Source of the DNA: an uncultured Chloroflexota bacterium
Lineage (GTDB): Bacteria > Chloroflexota > Dehalococcoidia > Lucifugimonadales > CAJXCD01
Direction of reading: 5' to 3'
Length of the DNA: 64,000 nt
NCBI GenBank assembly: GCA_913051545.1
Contig: CAJXCD010000003.1
Coordinates: 96,341 to 160,340 of the forward strand
Part shown: positions 9,467 through 18,845 of the stretch, in pieces
Numbering within the stretch: position 1 is the first letter of the stretch
How the letters are laid out: each line of letters opens with the position of its first letter
Notes under the pieces: model-generated
Databases searched by the model: none
Told to the model about the DNA's origin: nothing
Seen by the model: the letters and a program-made list of their open reading frames with translations, nothing else
Translations under genes and position numbers: made by a program

Positions 9467-12121
9467 TCAAGACATACCTAGCACATCTCTAATTATTTCA
9501 GGAACCGTTCCTAAAGCATCATCGAGTTTTTCTGGATTCTTCCCACCTGCCTGTGCTACATCCGGACGTCCTCCCCCTCCTCCTCCAACGACATTCGCTA
9601 CCTTTCGAACAATCGCCGAAGCATCTACCCCCTTATCTACTATATCCTGAGTAACCATCGCAGTCAGAACGGGTCTATTATCTATTACAGACCCTAAAAC
9701 AAGCACTCCACTCTGCATCTTATCGCGCAACCAATCTCCAACTTCCCGCATAGACTCTACACTCGAAACTGTGATTTTAACCGCTAAGACCTTGGTCCCA
9801 CATACATCCTGTGTGTGTTTAAGTAAATCACCAGCGGACGTCAGAGACAACCTTCGATCCAAATCTTGATTTTTTTGCCTAAGTTCGTCTAGTTCTTCCA
9901 ATAGATCGCTAACCTTCTCTTCCATCTCCATGACATTAGTCTGGAGCAAAGATGCGACTGCTGTGCCAGAATTTAACCTATCCCTCAAAATCCTTTCTGC
10001 CCCTCGACCACTTACAGCTTCTATTCGACGTATACCAGCACCGATACTAGACTCTCCTAATATGTAAACGGTCCCCAGCTCCCCTGTATTATCTACATGT
10101 GTACCACCGCATACTTCGAAACTGAAAGTGGCACCATTTGATATTTCTACCAACCTTACATTCTCGTCATATTTATCTCCAAAAAAGGCTAGAGCTCCAC
10201 GGTTTATTGCAGATGAATAACTATCCTCACTTCTGTGAACAGTAGCATTCTGCCTAATTTTTTCGTTTACAAGCCACTGAACCTTCTCTATATCATCAGA
10301 TGTCATCGGCTCTACATGACTAAAATCGAACCGTAGCCTTTCAGGTGCAACAAGGGATCCAGCTTGCCTAACATGCGGTCCTAATGTTTGACGTAATGCT
10401 GCATGAAGTAAGTGAGTTGCAGTATGATTCCTAGCAGTATCCTGTCTTGTAACAACGTCAACGTGACTATCAACTTTATCACCTAGAGACATAATCCCTT
10501 TGGTAACTATCCCAAAATGTACTATCAACCCATCCATGACCATTTGTGTATCATGCAAATCAACCCTGCAGCTCTCACCAACTATTTGACCCGTGTCACC
10601 TACTTGTCCACCCCCTTCAGGATAGAACGGCGTATCTTGAAGAACCACTTCAACTTTAGACCCCTCTTGCACTTGATCCGCAACGACACCATCAACTATT
10701 AATCCAACTACGACGGAAGGAGCAAGAAGTTTGTCGTAACCTAAGAAAGAAGTGGAACTAATGCCCAAACTCTGGTACACACGGATCTTACTCATATCAC
10801 CTCCGAATTTTGCGGAAGCACGTGCCCTATCCTTCTGAGCTTGCATTTCACGTTGAAATCCATCTACATCTACTGCAACATCACACTCTCCAGCAATTTC
10901 TTGAGTTATTTCTAAAGGAAAGCCGTATGTGTCCCACAGACGAAAAACTACTTCCCCAGATATCTTGTCAACGTCTTTCAATTCGTCCGTTAAAAGTGAT
11001 AACCCCTTCTGAAACACTTGAAGGAAGCGCTCCTCCTCCAAACTTAAGACTGACATGACGAATTCACGGTGATTTAACAATTCAGGATACGTAGTGCCCA
11101 TCTGATTCACGACAACATCTGCAAGCTCGCCCAAGAAAACGTCCTGTAGGCCTAAACGTCTTCCATGACGAATTGCTCTTCGAACTATCCTCCTGAGTAC
11201 ATAACCACGTCCTTCGTTGCCTGGCACTACTCCATCAGCGACCAAAAAAGATGCACTCCGAATATGTTCGACAACTACTCGAACAGAGTGGGATGTATCT
11301 GCATCACTCAGATAAGGTTTGCCACTTAATTCCTCCACTCTCCTGATAAGTGGAGTGAATAGGTCAGTCTCATATACATCCATGACATTTTGTTTAACCG
11401 TGGCAAGTCTTTCGAGACCCATCCCCGTGTCTATACCTTTGTTAGGCAAATCTTTGCGAGTACCATCTGAATCTTGGTAAAACTGCATGAAAACAAGGTT
11501 CCAAAGTTCCACGTACCTTTGACACACTTGGGAAGATTCCGGAATCGCATTAGTACAGTTAGGCCCACAATTATCCAATCCGCAATGTGGACGTTCATCG
11601 CGGTAGTCATAATGTAACTCTGCACAAGGGCCGGTCGGACCTTCATCTCCAGCCGGCCCCCACCAATTTTCTTTGTCACCAAAACGAAATATTCGATCAT
11701 CTGAAATCCCTTGCTTCTGCCACAAAGAATATGCTTCATCATCTGTCTCATGTACAGTGACAGCAAAGCGATCTTTAGAAATACCCATCGCTTGTTCCAG
11801 ACAGTCTATGGCCAATCTCATCGCATCATCCTTAAAATAGTCACCTATACTAAAATTACCCAACATCTCGAACAAGGTTAGGTGAGTACTGTCCCCTACT
11901 TCATCAATATCCACCGCACGGAAAGATTTTTGGGTTGAAGTTAGACGCCTATTGGGCGGGTCTGTATGGCCTGAAAAATATGGCTTAAACTGAACCATAC
12001 CAGCTGTAGTTAATAGCAGTGTTGGATCTCCAACAGGAATAAGCGACGAACTCGGAATTCTGGAATGCCCTTCCGACTCGAAATAACTTAAAAAAGATTC
12101 TCTAATTTCATCACTAGTCAT
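9467..12121 (-). CDS. alaS: alanine--tRNA ligase
   Basis: 884 aa with a class II core (WWGPAGDEGPTGPC), editing domain motifs HTATHLLH and CGGTHV, and a C-terminal DHHA1-like region containing a GGGGGRP run. Confidence 0.97.
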   Translation of the reverse strand: MTSDEIRESFLSYFESEGHSRIPSSSLIPVGDPTLLLTTAGMVQFKPYFSGHTDPPNRRLTSTQKSFRAVDIDEVGDSTHLTLFEMLGNFSIGDYFKDDAMRLAIDCLEQAMGISKDRFAVTVHETDDEAYSLWQKQGISDDRIFRFGDKENWWGPAGDEGPTGPCAELHYDYRDERPHCGLDNCGPNCTNAIPESSQVCQRYVELWNLVFMQFYQDSDGTRKDLPNKGIDTGMGLERLATVKQNVMDVYETDLFTPLIRRVEELSGKPYLSDADTSHSVRVVVEHIRSASFLVADGVVPGNEGRGYVLRRIVRRAIRHGRRLGLQDVFLGELADVVVNQMGTTYPELLNHREFVMSVLSLEEERFLQVFQKGLSLLTDELKDVDKISGEVVFRLWDTYGFPLEITQEIAGECDVAVDVDGFQREMQAQKDRARASAKFGGDMSKIRVYQSLGISSTSFLGYDKLLAPSVVVGLIVDGVVADQVQEGSKVEVVLQDTPFYPEGGGQVGDTGQIVGESCRVDLHDTQMVMDGLIVHFGIVTKGIMSLGDKVDSHVDVVTRQDTARNHTATHLLHAALRQTLGPHVRQAGSLVAPERLRFDFSHVEPMTSDDIEKVQWLVNEKIRQNATVHRSEDSYSSAINRGALAFFGDKYDENVRLVEISNGATFSFEVCGGTHVDNTGELGTVYILGESSIGAGIRRIEAVSGRGAERILRDRLNSGTAVASLLQTNVMEMEEKVSDLLEELDELRQKNQDLDRRLSLTSAGDLLKHTQDVCGTKVLAVKITVSSVESMREVGDWLRDKMQSGVLVLGSVIDNRPVLTAMVTQDIVDKGVDASAIVRKVANVVGGGGGGRPDVAQAGGKNPEKLDDALGTVPEIIRDVLGMS

Positions 12122-12240
12122 CTATCTAATGTCCTTATGCCCATAATTATGTCAAAGATATTCCTATATTGTATCGAATCAAATTCTTGAAAAATACAAA
12201 TAAAAAAGCTTTGTTTCAAGCAACGTTGGTTAACATTAAG

Positions 12241-12990
12241 CTAATTGTGCATTCTTCCAGAATCCATAACCAAAGTTTGCCCCGTAACACTATCTGTCTT
12301 GCAAAAAGCAACAACTTGTTCAGCAATATCTCTTTTCGAAGCAGCTCGCTCTAAAAGAGCCCTGGATACAGCCGCTTTTCTATATGAACTTGCCAACCTT
12401 TCAGACATTTTAGTGCCTTCCATATAGCCAGGCGCTACACAATTCACAAGTACCTCCGGTGCCAAACCAACCGACATACACTTCGTGAGATGTACAAGTC
12501 CTGCTTTAGAAACTGCATATGCTATTGAACTTCCTGTAGGAATAATACCGGCTATAGAAGCCACATTAACAATTCGGCCTCTACCTTGTTGTCTCATTAG
12601 ACCAGAGACAGCTTTGGTACAAAGCATAGGACCAGTCAAATTTATTCTTAAAATTTGCTCCCACAAATCATTCGTCATTGAGTCTAAATCATCGAATGGT
12701 ACCCATTGATTGTACCCGGCATCATTAACCAAAATGTCAACCTGCCCAAAATGATCTAATACAGACGAGACCATCAAATCTACGGATACGGAGTCAGAAA
12801 CGTCGCATTTAAAAATCTTGGAGTCTATACCCAACAGGCTTAGTCCTTCAACTACTTCCGTTGCCCGATCTTTTCCTTCGTTATAGAGTACCGCAACATT
12901 CGAACCAGCTTCCGCAAGAGATTGACATATCTGACCGCCCAAACCTCCACTTCCTCCAGTTACTATAGCTACACTACCTCTGAGATTCAT
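12241..12990 (-). CDS. SDR family oxidoreductase (3-oxoacyl-ACP reductase-like)
   Basis: TGGSGGLGG cofactor motif, NDAG, and the catalytic YAVSK. I chose the ATG at 12990 because a GAGGGG SD lies 7 nt upstream. The ORF track start at 13032 is probably too long. Confidence 0.85.
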   Translation of the reverse strand: MNLRGSVAIVTGGSGGLGGQICQSLAEAGSNVAVLYNEGKDRATEVVEGLSLLGIDSKIFKCDVSDSVSVDLMVSSVLDHFGQVDILVNDAGYNQWVPFDDLDSMTNDLWEQILRINLTGPMLCTKAVSGLMRQQGRGRIVNVASIAGIIPTGSSIAYAVSKAGLVHLTKCMSVGLAPEVLVNCVAPGYMEGTKMSERLASSYRKAAVSRALLERAASKRDIAEQVVAFCKTDSVTGQTLVMDSGRMHN

Positions 12991-13242
12991 AACAATACCC
13001 CTCAAATTAGATAATGAGGCGGATTGTATCACGATGAAGACCTGAACTGATTAGCACCAAGATGACCCATTCTCATATACTTAAGAATTGTCTCGATTCA
13101 TACAGAAGAGTATCATGAGTGCTATAGCATTAATAATCAATATAGTGAAGGTAAAAAATATAGGAACTGGCAGAATGAGTGACGGAATCAGACTACTCCG
13201 TAGCCTTACGTCTAATAAGCTTTTAAGAAGGAGAGCTATGGG

Positions 13243-13491
13243 ATGGGCCTTTTAAGAACGATCTCCATAATTCTGACTACTTTAAAGGATGCCATCCCAC
13301 CTTACCGAAAAATTGAAGGTGTATTAGATGGTAAGGAATCGAGTAAAGACGACAACTATTTCCTACTTGTAGGGAATGAAATCATTCAAGTAGATGAATT
13401 GACTTTCAGTGAACTGATGGTAGGCGAGGCATTAAGAATCAGGTCCACTCGAAGCATGAAAGCCATTAGCATAGACCGACTAACTCCTTGA
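13243..13491 (+). CDS. hypothetical small protein (82 aa)
   Basis: An isolated ORF with an AAGGAGAG SD about 8 nt upstream of the ATG. I recognise no family. Confidence 0.4.
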   Translation: MGLLRTISIILTTLKDAIPPYRKIEGVLDGKESSKDDNYFLLVGNEIIQVDELTFSELMVGEALRIRSTRSMKAISIDRLTP

Positions 13492-13555
13492 TTCTGAATA
13501 GTCTCATAATGATTGGTTCTCAGGCATGAACACTTAGAAACGTCAGCTCTATAAC

Positions 13556-16456
13556 TCAATCGATCACTTCAGCTAAAATTTCTGCCAGATGTTTAGCCTT
13601 TACGCCAGTGCCATCATAGATCTGCTGCCTACACGACACTCCCTCACTTACCACTTCAACAGGTTCCACTTGTGATCGAATACTTGGGAACAGTGCCAAT
13701 TCCCCCATCTTCATAGATACATCATAGTGCTCTTTCTCAAAACCAAAAGAACCTGCCATGCCACAACAACCAGATTCTAATTCCTCTACAGCCAACTCAG
13801 GCACATATGACAAAACTTGCTTTGCTTTATCCATTCCCACCAATGCTTTTTGGTGGCAATGTCCCTGCATCAAAATTTTTCTACCTCCGCCATTCCATTT
13901 TGGCACTACCCCACTCTCATTAATAACATGTAGAACAAATTCTTCAATCAGCATAGAACTCTCTGACACTATCTGCACTTTTTCATGATCTTCCAAAAGG
14001 TCCAAATAATCGTCCTGAAATGATGATAAACAACTCGGCTCCAACCCAACCAGTTTTGCGCCTTTCTCAACATGCGTGGATATAATATCAACATTATATT
14101 TAGCATTGGAACGAGCTTTATCTATCATCCCAGAAGAAAGCATAGGCCTACCACAGCAACGAATGTTTGGAACAACAACCTTATACCCTAAATACTCCAA
14201 AATTTTCACCGCAGCAATTCCTATATCAGGATGGTTATAATTTGTGAACGTATCTACTAGAAGCACCACCTCGCCCACTATATCAATTGTGTGTCGTGAT
14301 TCTCCTCTGGATTTGAACCACTGCATGAAAGTTTGATCTGCAAATCTGGGAAGTGTACGTCTTGAATCTATACCTCCTATCCTCTGTAAAATATTCTTTA
14401 TAGATGAATCTTCCAACAACCAGTTTGATACTGGTGCGAAAAAGGATCCCATAGTACTCAATCGTGATATGTTCGCAAATATATAGTTCCGTAAAGAATA
14501 GCCATTTTTGCTATGATATCTATCCAAAAATTCATATTTAAGCTTAGCAACATCGACATTAGAGGGACACTCTGCCTTACAAGCCTTACACTCGACGCAC
14601 AAATCCATCACTTCATACAAACGCTCACTCTCAAGGGACTCAGGAGGTAATATCCCTGATACTGCTGCATTTAGAGCATTTGCTCGTCCCCGTGTTGAAT
14701 GTTCCTCATCCCTAGTAACCATGAAAGACGGACACATGGTGCCCGACGACACTTTACGACAAGCACCTTGCCCATTGCACATCTCTGTAGCTTCAGCAAA
14801 ACTACCCTCATTTCGATACGAAAACCCAGTGATAAGGTTTCTAGTTTTATAAGATGGACTGAATTTCAGATTATCATTTATATTAGTCGAATTAACTATT
14901 TTACCTGGGTTCATTATGCCCTTCGGATCGAAAGCATCTTTGACTTTTGTAAAGGCATCATAAATCACAGGTCCGAACATCTTTTGATTCCATACACTTC
15001 GTACTAAACCATCACCATGCTCCCCACTCATGGCCCCACCAAACTCTAATACTAAATCTGATATTGCAGAGGAAATAGATAACATCCTATCGACTCCTCC
15101 ATCCGACTTCAGATCAATCAATGGGCGTATATGAAGACACCCGACACTCGCATGACCATAATATCCCGCACTAGTCCCATGATCACTAACAATTGAACTA
15201 AAGCGTCTCACATATTCCGGGAGACGTGATGGAGGTACGGCAGTATCTTCAACGAACGGTAGTGGCTTAGCAGCTCCACGTACGTTCATCATCAGTCCTA
15301 ATCCAGCTTTTCTCATAGCCCATGCTCTGTTCTGCTCCTCTGAATTTACCAAACGTGTCGCTGCATACCCAAGACCTGTTCGACTCATCGTTTGTTCTAT
15401 CTTATCCAATTTAGATTTAATTTCTAACTCTGATTCACCAAAAACTTCTGCCAACAACAACGCTTGGGGATCCCCTTGAATAAAATCCATTATCCTAGAA
15501 TACTGTAGATTCGTACGAGCCTGCCTGATTATTAAATTGTCGATCAATTCAACGGCAGCGAGGTCCAAATCCAGAATTTCTACCACAGCTTCCATAGACT
15601 TAAACATGTCGTCGAAGTGCAACACAGCAATAGCTTTGTGTTTCGGCTTGGGTACTATACGAAGCTTGGCCTCTGTTATAGTAGCAAGAGTACCTTCGGA
15701 GCCAACCACAAAACGCGCCATATTAAATTCTTTATCTACCACTAATTCATCTAGATTGTAGCCAGAAACTCTCCTCATTATCTTTGGGTAACGGTCTTCG
15801 ATTTCTTCCCTAGTAGATTTGCCTACTAATTCCAGACTACGGTATATGCTCGCCTCTAAGGTATTACTGCAGATTTTTTCAGATATGGTATTCCTGCTAA
15901 CACTCCCCCAGCTAGCAATGTCACCGTTAGATAACACAGCTCTCATTTCCAAAGTGTTATCTACTGTCTTACCCCACATAACAGAATGAGCGCCACAAGA
16001 ATTGTTGCCAAGAGCACCGCCAACACTAGCCCTGTTACTAGTACTAGGATCAGGTGCAAAGTGGTAACCCGTAGAAGTTATCAGATTATTCAATTCATCA
16101 AGAACAATACCAGGCTGAACCCGAACCCAACCGTCCTCTACATTACATTCCAGCAAACTTCTCATATACTTTGAGAAGTCGACTACGATAGCATTGCCGA
16201 CAGTCTGACCTGCCAAACTGGTCCCACCCCCTCGTGGCAATAAAGGAACTTGATGAGAATTTGCAAATTCTACTACCGCTATTACATCTTCTTCATTCCG
16301 AGGAATTACCACTCCTACAGGTTCTATACGATATATGCTAGCATCAGTACTATATAAAGACTGTGTCATCTTATCAAAACGCACTTCACCATCGACATTT
16401 TTGCGCAGATTTTCGACCAATTCAACGGTATCAGAAAATATAGACGTGTCTGCCAT
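13556..16456 (-). CDS. FAD-linked oxidase fused to a 4Fe-4S / CCG-domain module (YdiJ-like; GlcD-GlpC type fusion)
   Basis: 966 aa. The N-terminal FAD-binding PCMH domain has PRGGGTSLAGQ. A ferredoxin motif CVECKACKAECPS follows, then two CCG-type cysteine motifs (RCCGRPM, SGCCGMAGSFGF). Confidence 0.85.
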   Translation of the reverse strand: MADTSIFSDTVELVENLRKNVDGEVRFDKMTQSLYSTDASIYRIEPVGVVIPRNEEDVIAVVEFANSHQVPLLPRGGGTSLAGQTVGNAIVVDFSKYMRSLLECNVEDGWVRVQPGIVLDELNNLITSTGYHFAPDPSTSNRASVGGALGNNSCGAHSVMWGKTVDNTLEMRAVLSNGDIASWGSVSRNTISEKICSNTLEASIYRSLELVGKSTREEIEDRYPKIMRRVSGYNLDELVVDKEFNMARFVVGSEGTLATITEAKLRIVPKPKHKAIAVLHFDDMFKSMEAVVEILDLDLAAVELIDNLIIRQARTNLQYSRIMDFIQGDPQALLLAEVFGESELEIKSKLDKIEQTMSRTGLGYAATRLVNSEEQNRAWAMRKAGLGLMMNVRGAAKPLPFVEDTAVPPSRLPEYVRRFSSIVSDHGTSAGYYGHASVGCLHIRPLIDLKSDGGVDRMLSISSAISDLVLEFGGAMSGEHGDGLVRSVWNQKMFGPVIYDAFTKVKDAFDPKGIMNPGKIVNSTNINDNLKFSPSYKTRNLITGFSYRNEGSFAEATEMCNGQGACRKVSSGTMCPSFMVTRDEEHSTRGRANALNAAVSGILPPESLESERLYEVMDLCVECKACKAECPSNVDVAKLKYEFLDRYHSKNGYSLRNYIFANISRLSTMGSFFAPVSNWLLEDSSIKNILQRIGGIDSRRTLPRFADQTFMQWFKSRGESRHTIDIVGEVVLLVDTFTNYNHPDIGIAAVKILEYLGYKVVVPNIRCCGRPMLSSGMIDKARSNAKYNVDIISTHVEKGAKLVGLEPSCLSSFQDDYLDLLEDHEKVQIVSESSMLIEEFVLHVINESGVVPKWNGGGRKILMQGHCHQKALVGMDKAKQVLSYVPELAVEELESGCCGMAGSFGFEKEHYDVSMKMGELALFPSIRSQVEPVEVVSEGVSCRQQIYDGTGVKAKHLAEILAEVID

Positions 16457-17748
16457 TATTTACCTTTTGAGAATTTAACTAACCCCGAAACATTATCTCT
16501 GAAAGATACAACCAATAACGGAGGAGCTATAGCAGTAGTTACAAGCGTCATAAGAATAACAACGCTATATGTATCCGACTCGATAATACCCGAGCTAATC
16601 CCCATACCGGCCATTATTAACGCAACTTCACCCCTAGGTAGCATACCTAAACCAATCCTCCAAGAACCACGTTTATTAAAACCAACTAGTAGAGATGGCA
16701 AACCACTACCTAATACCTTTCCAATTATTGCTACGATCGTGATTATTCCCCCGAGTAACAAAACTCCTCCGAGCTGAGTTACATCTACTAACATACCGGT
16801 CACTACAAAGAAAATCGGGACCAATGCATGATAGACAGACATCAGCGGCTCATGAATTCGTTTTGCTAATTCAGTCCCAGACAATGCTAGTCCGATGGAA
16901 AAAGCTCCAATTATCATTGCCAAACCAAAACTTTCCGCTAATCCGGCCGACCCAAATGCTAATGCCAAAGCCAACCCAAGTGCCGCACCACTTACTTTGA
17001 ATTTATTTACTAAGAAAGAAGAAATATGGCGAGACAATAAAATCGCCACTAGCGTAAATGTCAACCAAAAACCGAGTGTTTTTGCAGTAACTACACCAAT
17101 ATCTTTAGCAACTAATCCTTCCGAACTTCCTAAGCTCAGTACGACCGTTAAAGCAAGTATCCCTAACACATCGTCAACAACTGCTGCACCCAGTATCGTC
17201 ACACCTTCAGGAGTACCAAGTTTTCCAATATCTCCTAACACTCTAACTGAAATGCCTATAGATGTTGCTGTTAACACAGCTCCTACAAATAAAGCTTGTA
17301 CATCCCCAGGGCCATCAGCAAATCCCAGAGTAATCATAGCAATAACTCCAAGAGCAAATGGAGCAACTACTCCGCCTATGGCAACAACTGTTGCTTGACG
17401 AGCATACTTTAAGAATAACTTTAAGTCTGTCTCTAACCCAGCCATAAAAAGGAGAATGATCGCCCCTATTTGAGCAATAGCCCACAATTCATCAGAAAGT
17501 GGTAAAGAAAATTGATCGGTTAAGTCAGATCCGTGGATAACATTCGAAAACATATGTCCAACAACCGGTAAATCAATCCCACCGAGTGCAAAGGGACCAA
17601 TAACTATTCCAACAGCTACTTCTCCTAAAACTACTGGCAGCCTAAGGTAACGCTGAAAAATTTCTCCGCCAACCTTCGCCGCAAACAGTATTAACGCAAG
17701 CTGAAATACTAACCTGACTACTTCATGATCCATATTGATGTAACGCAA
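16456..17748 (-). CDS. cation:proton antiporter (CPA2 / Kef-NapA type membrane domain)
   Basis: 430 aa with about 12 hydrophobic segments and Gly-rich helices typical of the Na+/H+ exchanger family. Its stop codon shares one nucleotide with the downstream ATG (TAATG). Confidence 0.85.
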   Translation of the reverse strand: MRYINMDHEVVRLVFQLALILFAAKVGGEIFQRYLRLPVVLGEVAVGIVIGPFALGGIDLPVVGHMFSNVIHGSDLTDQFSLPLSDELWAIAQIGAIILLFMAGLETDLKLFLKYARQATVVAIGGVVAPFALGVIAMITLGFADGPGDVQALFVGAVLTATSIGISVRVLGDIGKLGTPEGVTILGAAVVDDVLGILALTVVLSLGSSEGLVAKDIGVVTAKTLGFWLTFTLVAILLSRHISSFLVNKFKVSGAALGLALALAFGSAGLAESFGLAMIIGAFSIGLALSGTELAKRIHEPLMSVYHALVPIFFVVTGMLVDVTQLGGVLLLGGIITIVAIIGKVLGSGLPSLLVGFNKRGSWRIGLGMLPRGEVALIMAGMGISSGIIESDTYSVVILMTLVTTAIAPPLLVVSFRDNVSGLVKFSKGK

Positions 17749-17839
17749 ACCTCCCTTAACTTAATATTAATACTACTAATCCAACATAATGAGGAGAATC
17801 TACTTTGTACACAATATCATAAAGATATGACAATGAACG

Positions 17840-17867
17840 AAAAAAGAGCCTACTGCTAGAGAGGCTC
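17840..17867 (-). terminator. intrinsic terminator downstream of the GreA-like gene
   Basis: The minus strand reads GAGCCT-ctctagcagt-AGGCTC followed by TTTTTT, 29 nt after the stop at 17896. Confidence 0.6.
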
Positions 17868-17895
17868 CTTTGAAATATACACTACGTCGCTAATT

Positions 17896-18702
17896 TTACG
17901 ATGTTACCCTAACAACCCGATATCTCAATTTACCCCGTGGGGTATCTACGTCAACTTCCTGGCCAGCTGATCGTTTAATTAAAGCCTTACCGACCGGTGA
18001 AACGTTAGAAATCCTGCCATCCAGTGGTTTGGCTTCGGTGGCACTAACTAAGGTATATACAGCTTCTTTTCCTGTACTGAGATCCTTAACTCGTACTTTA
18101 GAACCCAATGCAACCACTTTGCCACCCTTCTTAGAAGAGTCAACTATAACCGAATGTCGAAGCGTGTTTTCTATAACCCTAACACGAGACTCTACCAGTC
18201 CTAATTGTTCTCTAGCCGCCTCTAATGGAGCGTTTTCACGTACATCTTTGTCGGCCGCGGCTTTAGCTATAGCTGCAGCTATAGGTGCACGCTGATCTTT
18301 AAGAGACTGTAACTCTTCCGCAAGCTGAAGATGTCCATCACGGGTAAGTTCAGTTAGCCCTAAAGATCCTGCCACATCAGAGTTTTTCCGTCCTCTTGCC
18401 TTTTTTGCTCTGAGGTGTTGAGCCAAATTCTGTTGAGTAAAACCGTTCTTATGTAGATAAGCCAAGAATTTCCTGACATTCTGCAAATGAGATACCGTAT
18501 TCTCTGCACTACCAGCACCCACTACGTGATCACCATAATCGCCTACATCTTGTGGGCCAAGAACAGAAACAAGACGATCGTTACCAAACCACCTAGCTAA
18601 CCTAAATAACTGCTGCTGCTCTACGGTGGAGTCCTTCTTCTTGAGAGACGCAAGGTAATGCCCTACGCCCGCTATAACTGTGAGAGATTCGCTATTAGAC
18701 AA
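17896..18702 (-). CDS. greA: GreA-family transcript cleavage factor with a ~115-aa N-terminal extension
   Basis: Residues ~118-268 align with full-length GreA. The coiled coil DKDVRENAPLEAAREQLGLVESRVRVIENTL matches E. coli [30 protein letters not shown], and the C-terminal domain has ISNVSPVGKALIKRSAGQEVDV. TTG start with an AGGGGA SD. Confidence 0.8.
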   Translation of the reverse strand: MSNSESLTVIAGVGHYLASLKKKDSTVEQQQLFRLARWFGNDRLVSVLGPQDVGDYGDHVVGAGSAENTVSHLQNVRKFLAYLHKNGFTQQNLAQHLRAKKARGRKNSDVAGSLGLTELTRDGHLQLAEELQSLKDQRAPIAAAIAKAAADKDVRENAPLEAAREQLGLVESRVRVIENTLRHSVIVDSSKKGGKVVALGSKVRVKDLSTGKEAVYTLVSATEAKPLDGRISNVSPVGKALIKRSAGQEVDVDTPRGKLRYRVVRVTS

Positions 18703-18845
18703 ACCCTATCCCCTAACACCACTTCTATAATCTTGTGACTCAATCTTAACTAACTAGTCTATGAAGTGTCAACGTCGTTAAAACCTAAACCACTGGCGTG
18801 ATTTTCTGCTTTTAAAACACATTTCCGTAGAAGAAATGGGATCTG

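Noticed and set aside
11431-11766. A 111-aa same-strand alternative-frame ORF inside alaS.
   Set aside because: It is embedded in the conserved catalytic core of alaS, and its product has no recognisable features. It is most likely a chance open frame in AT-rich sequence.
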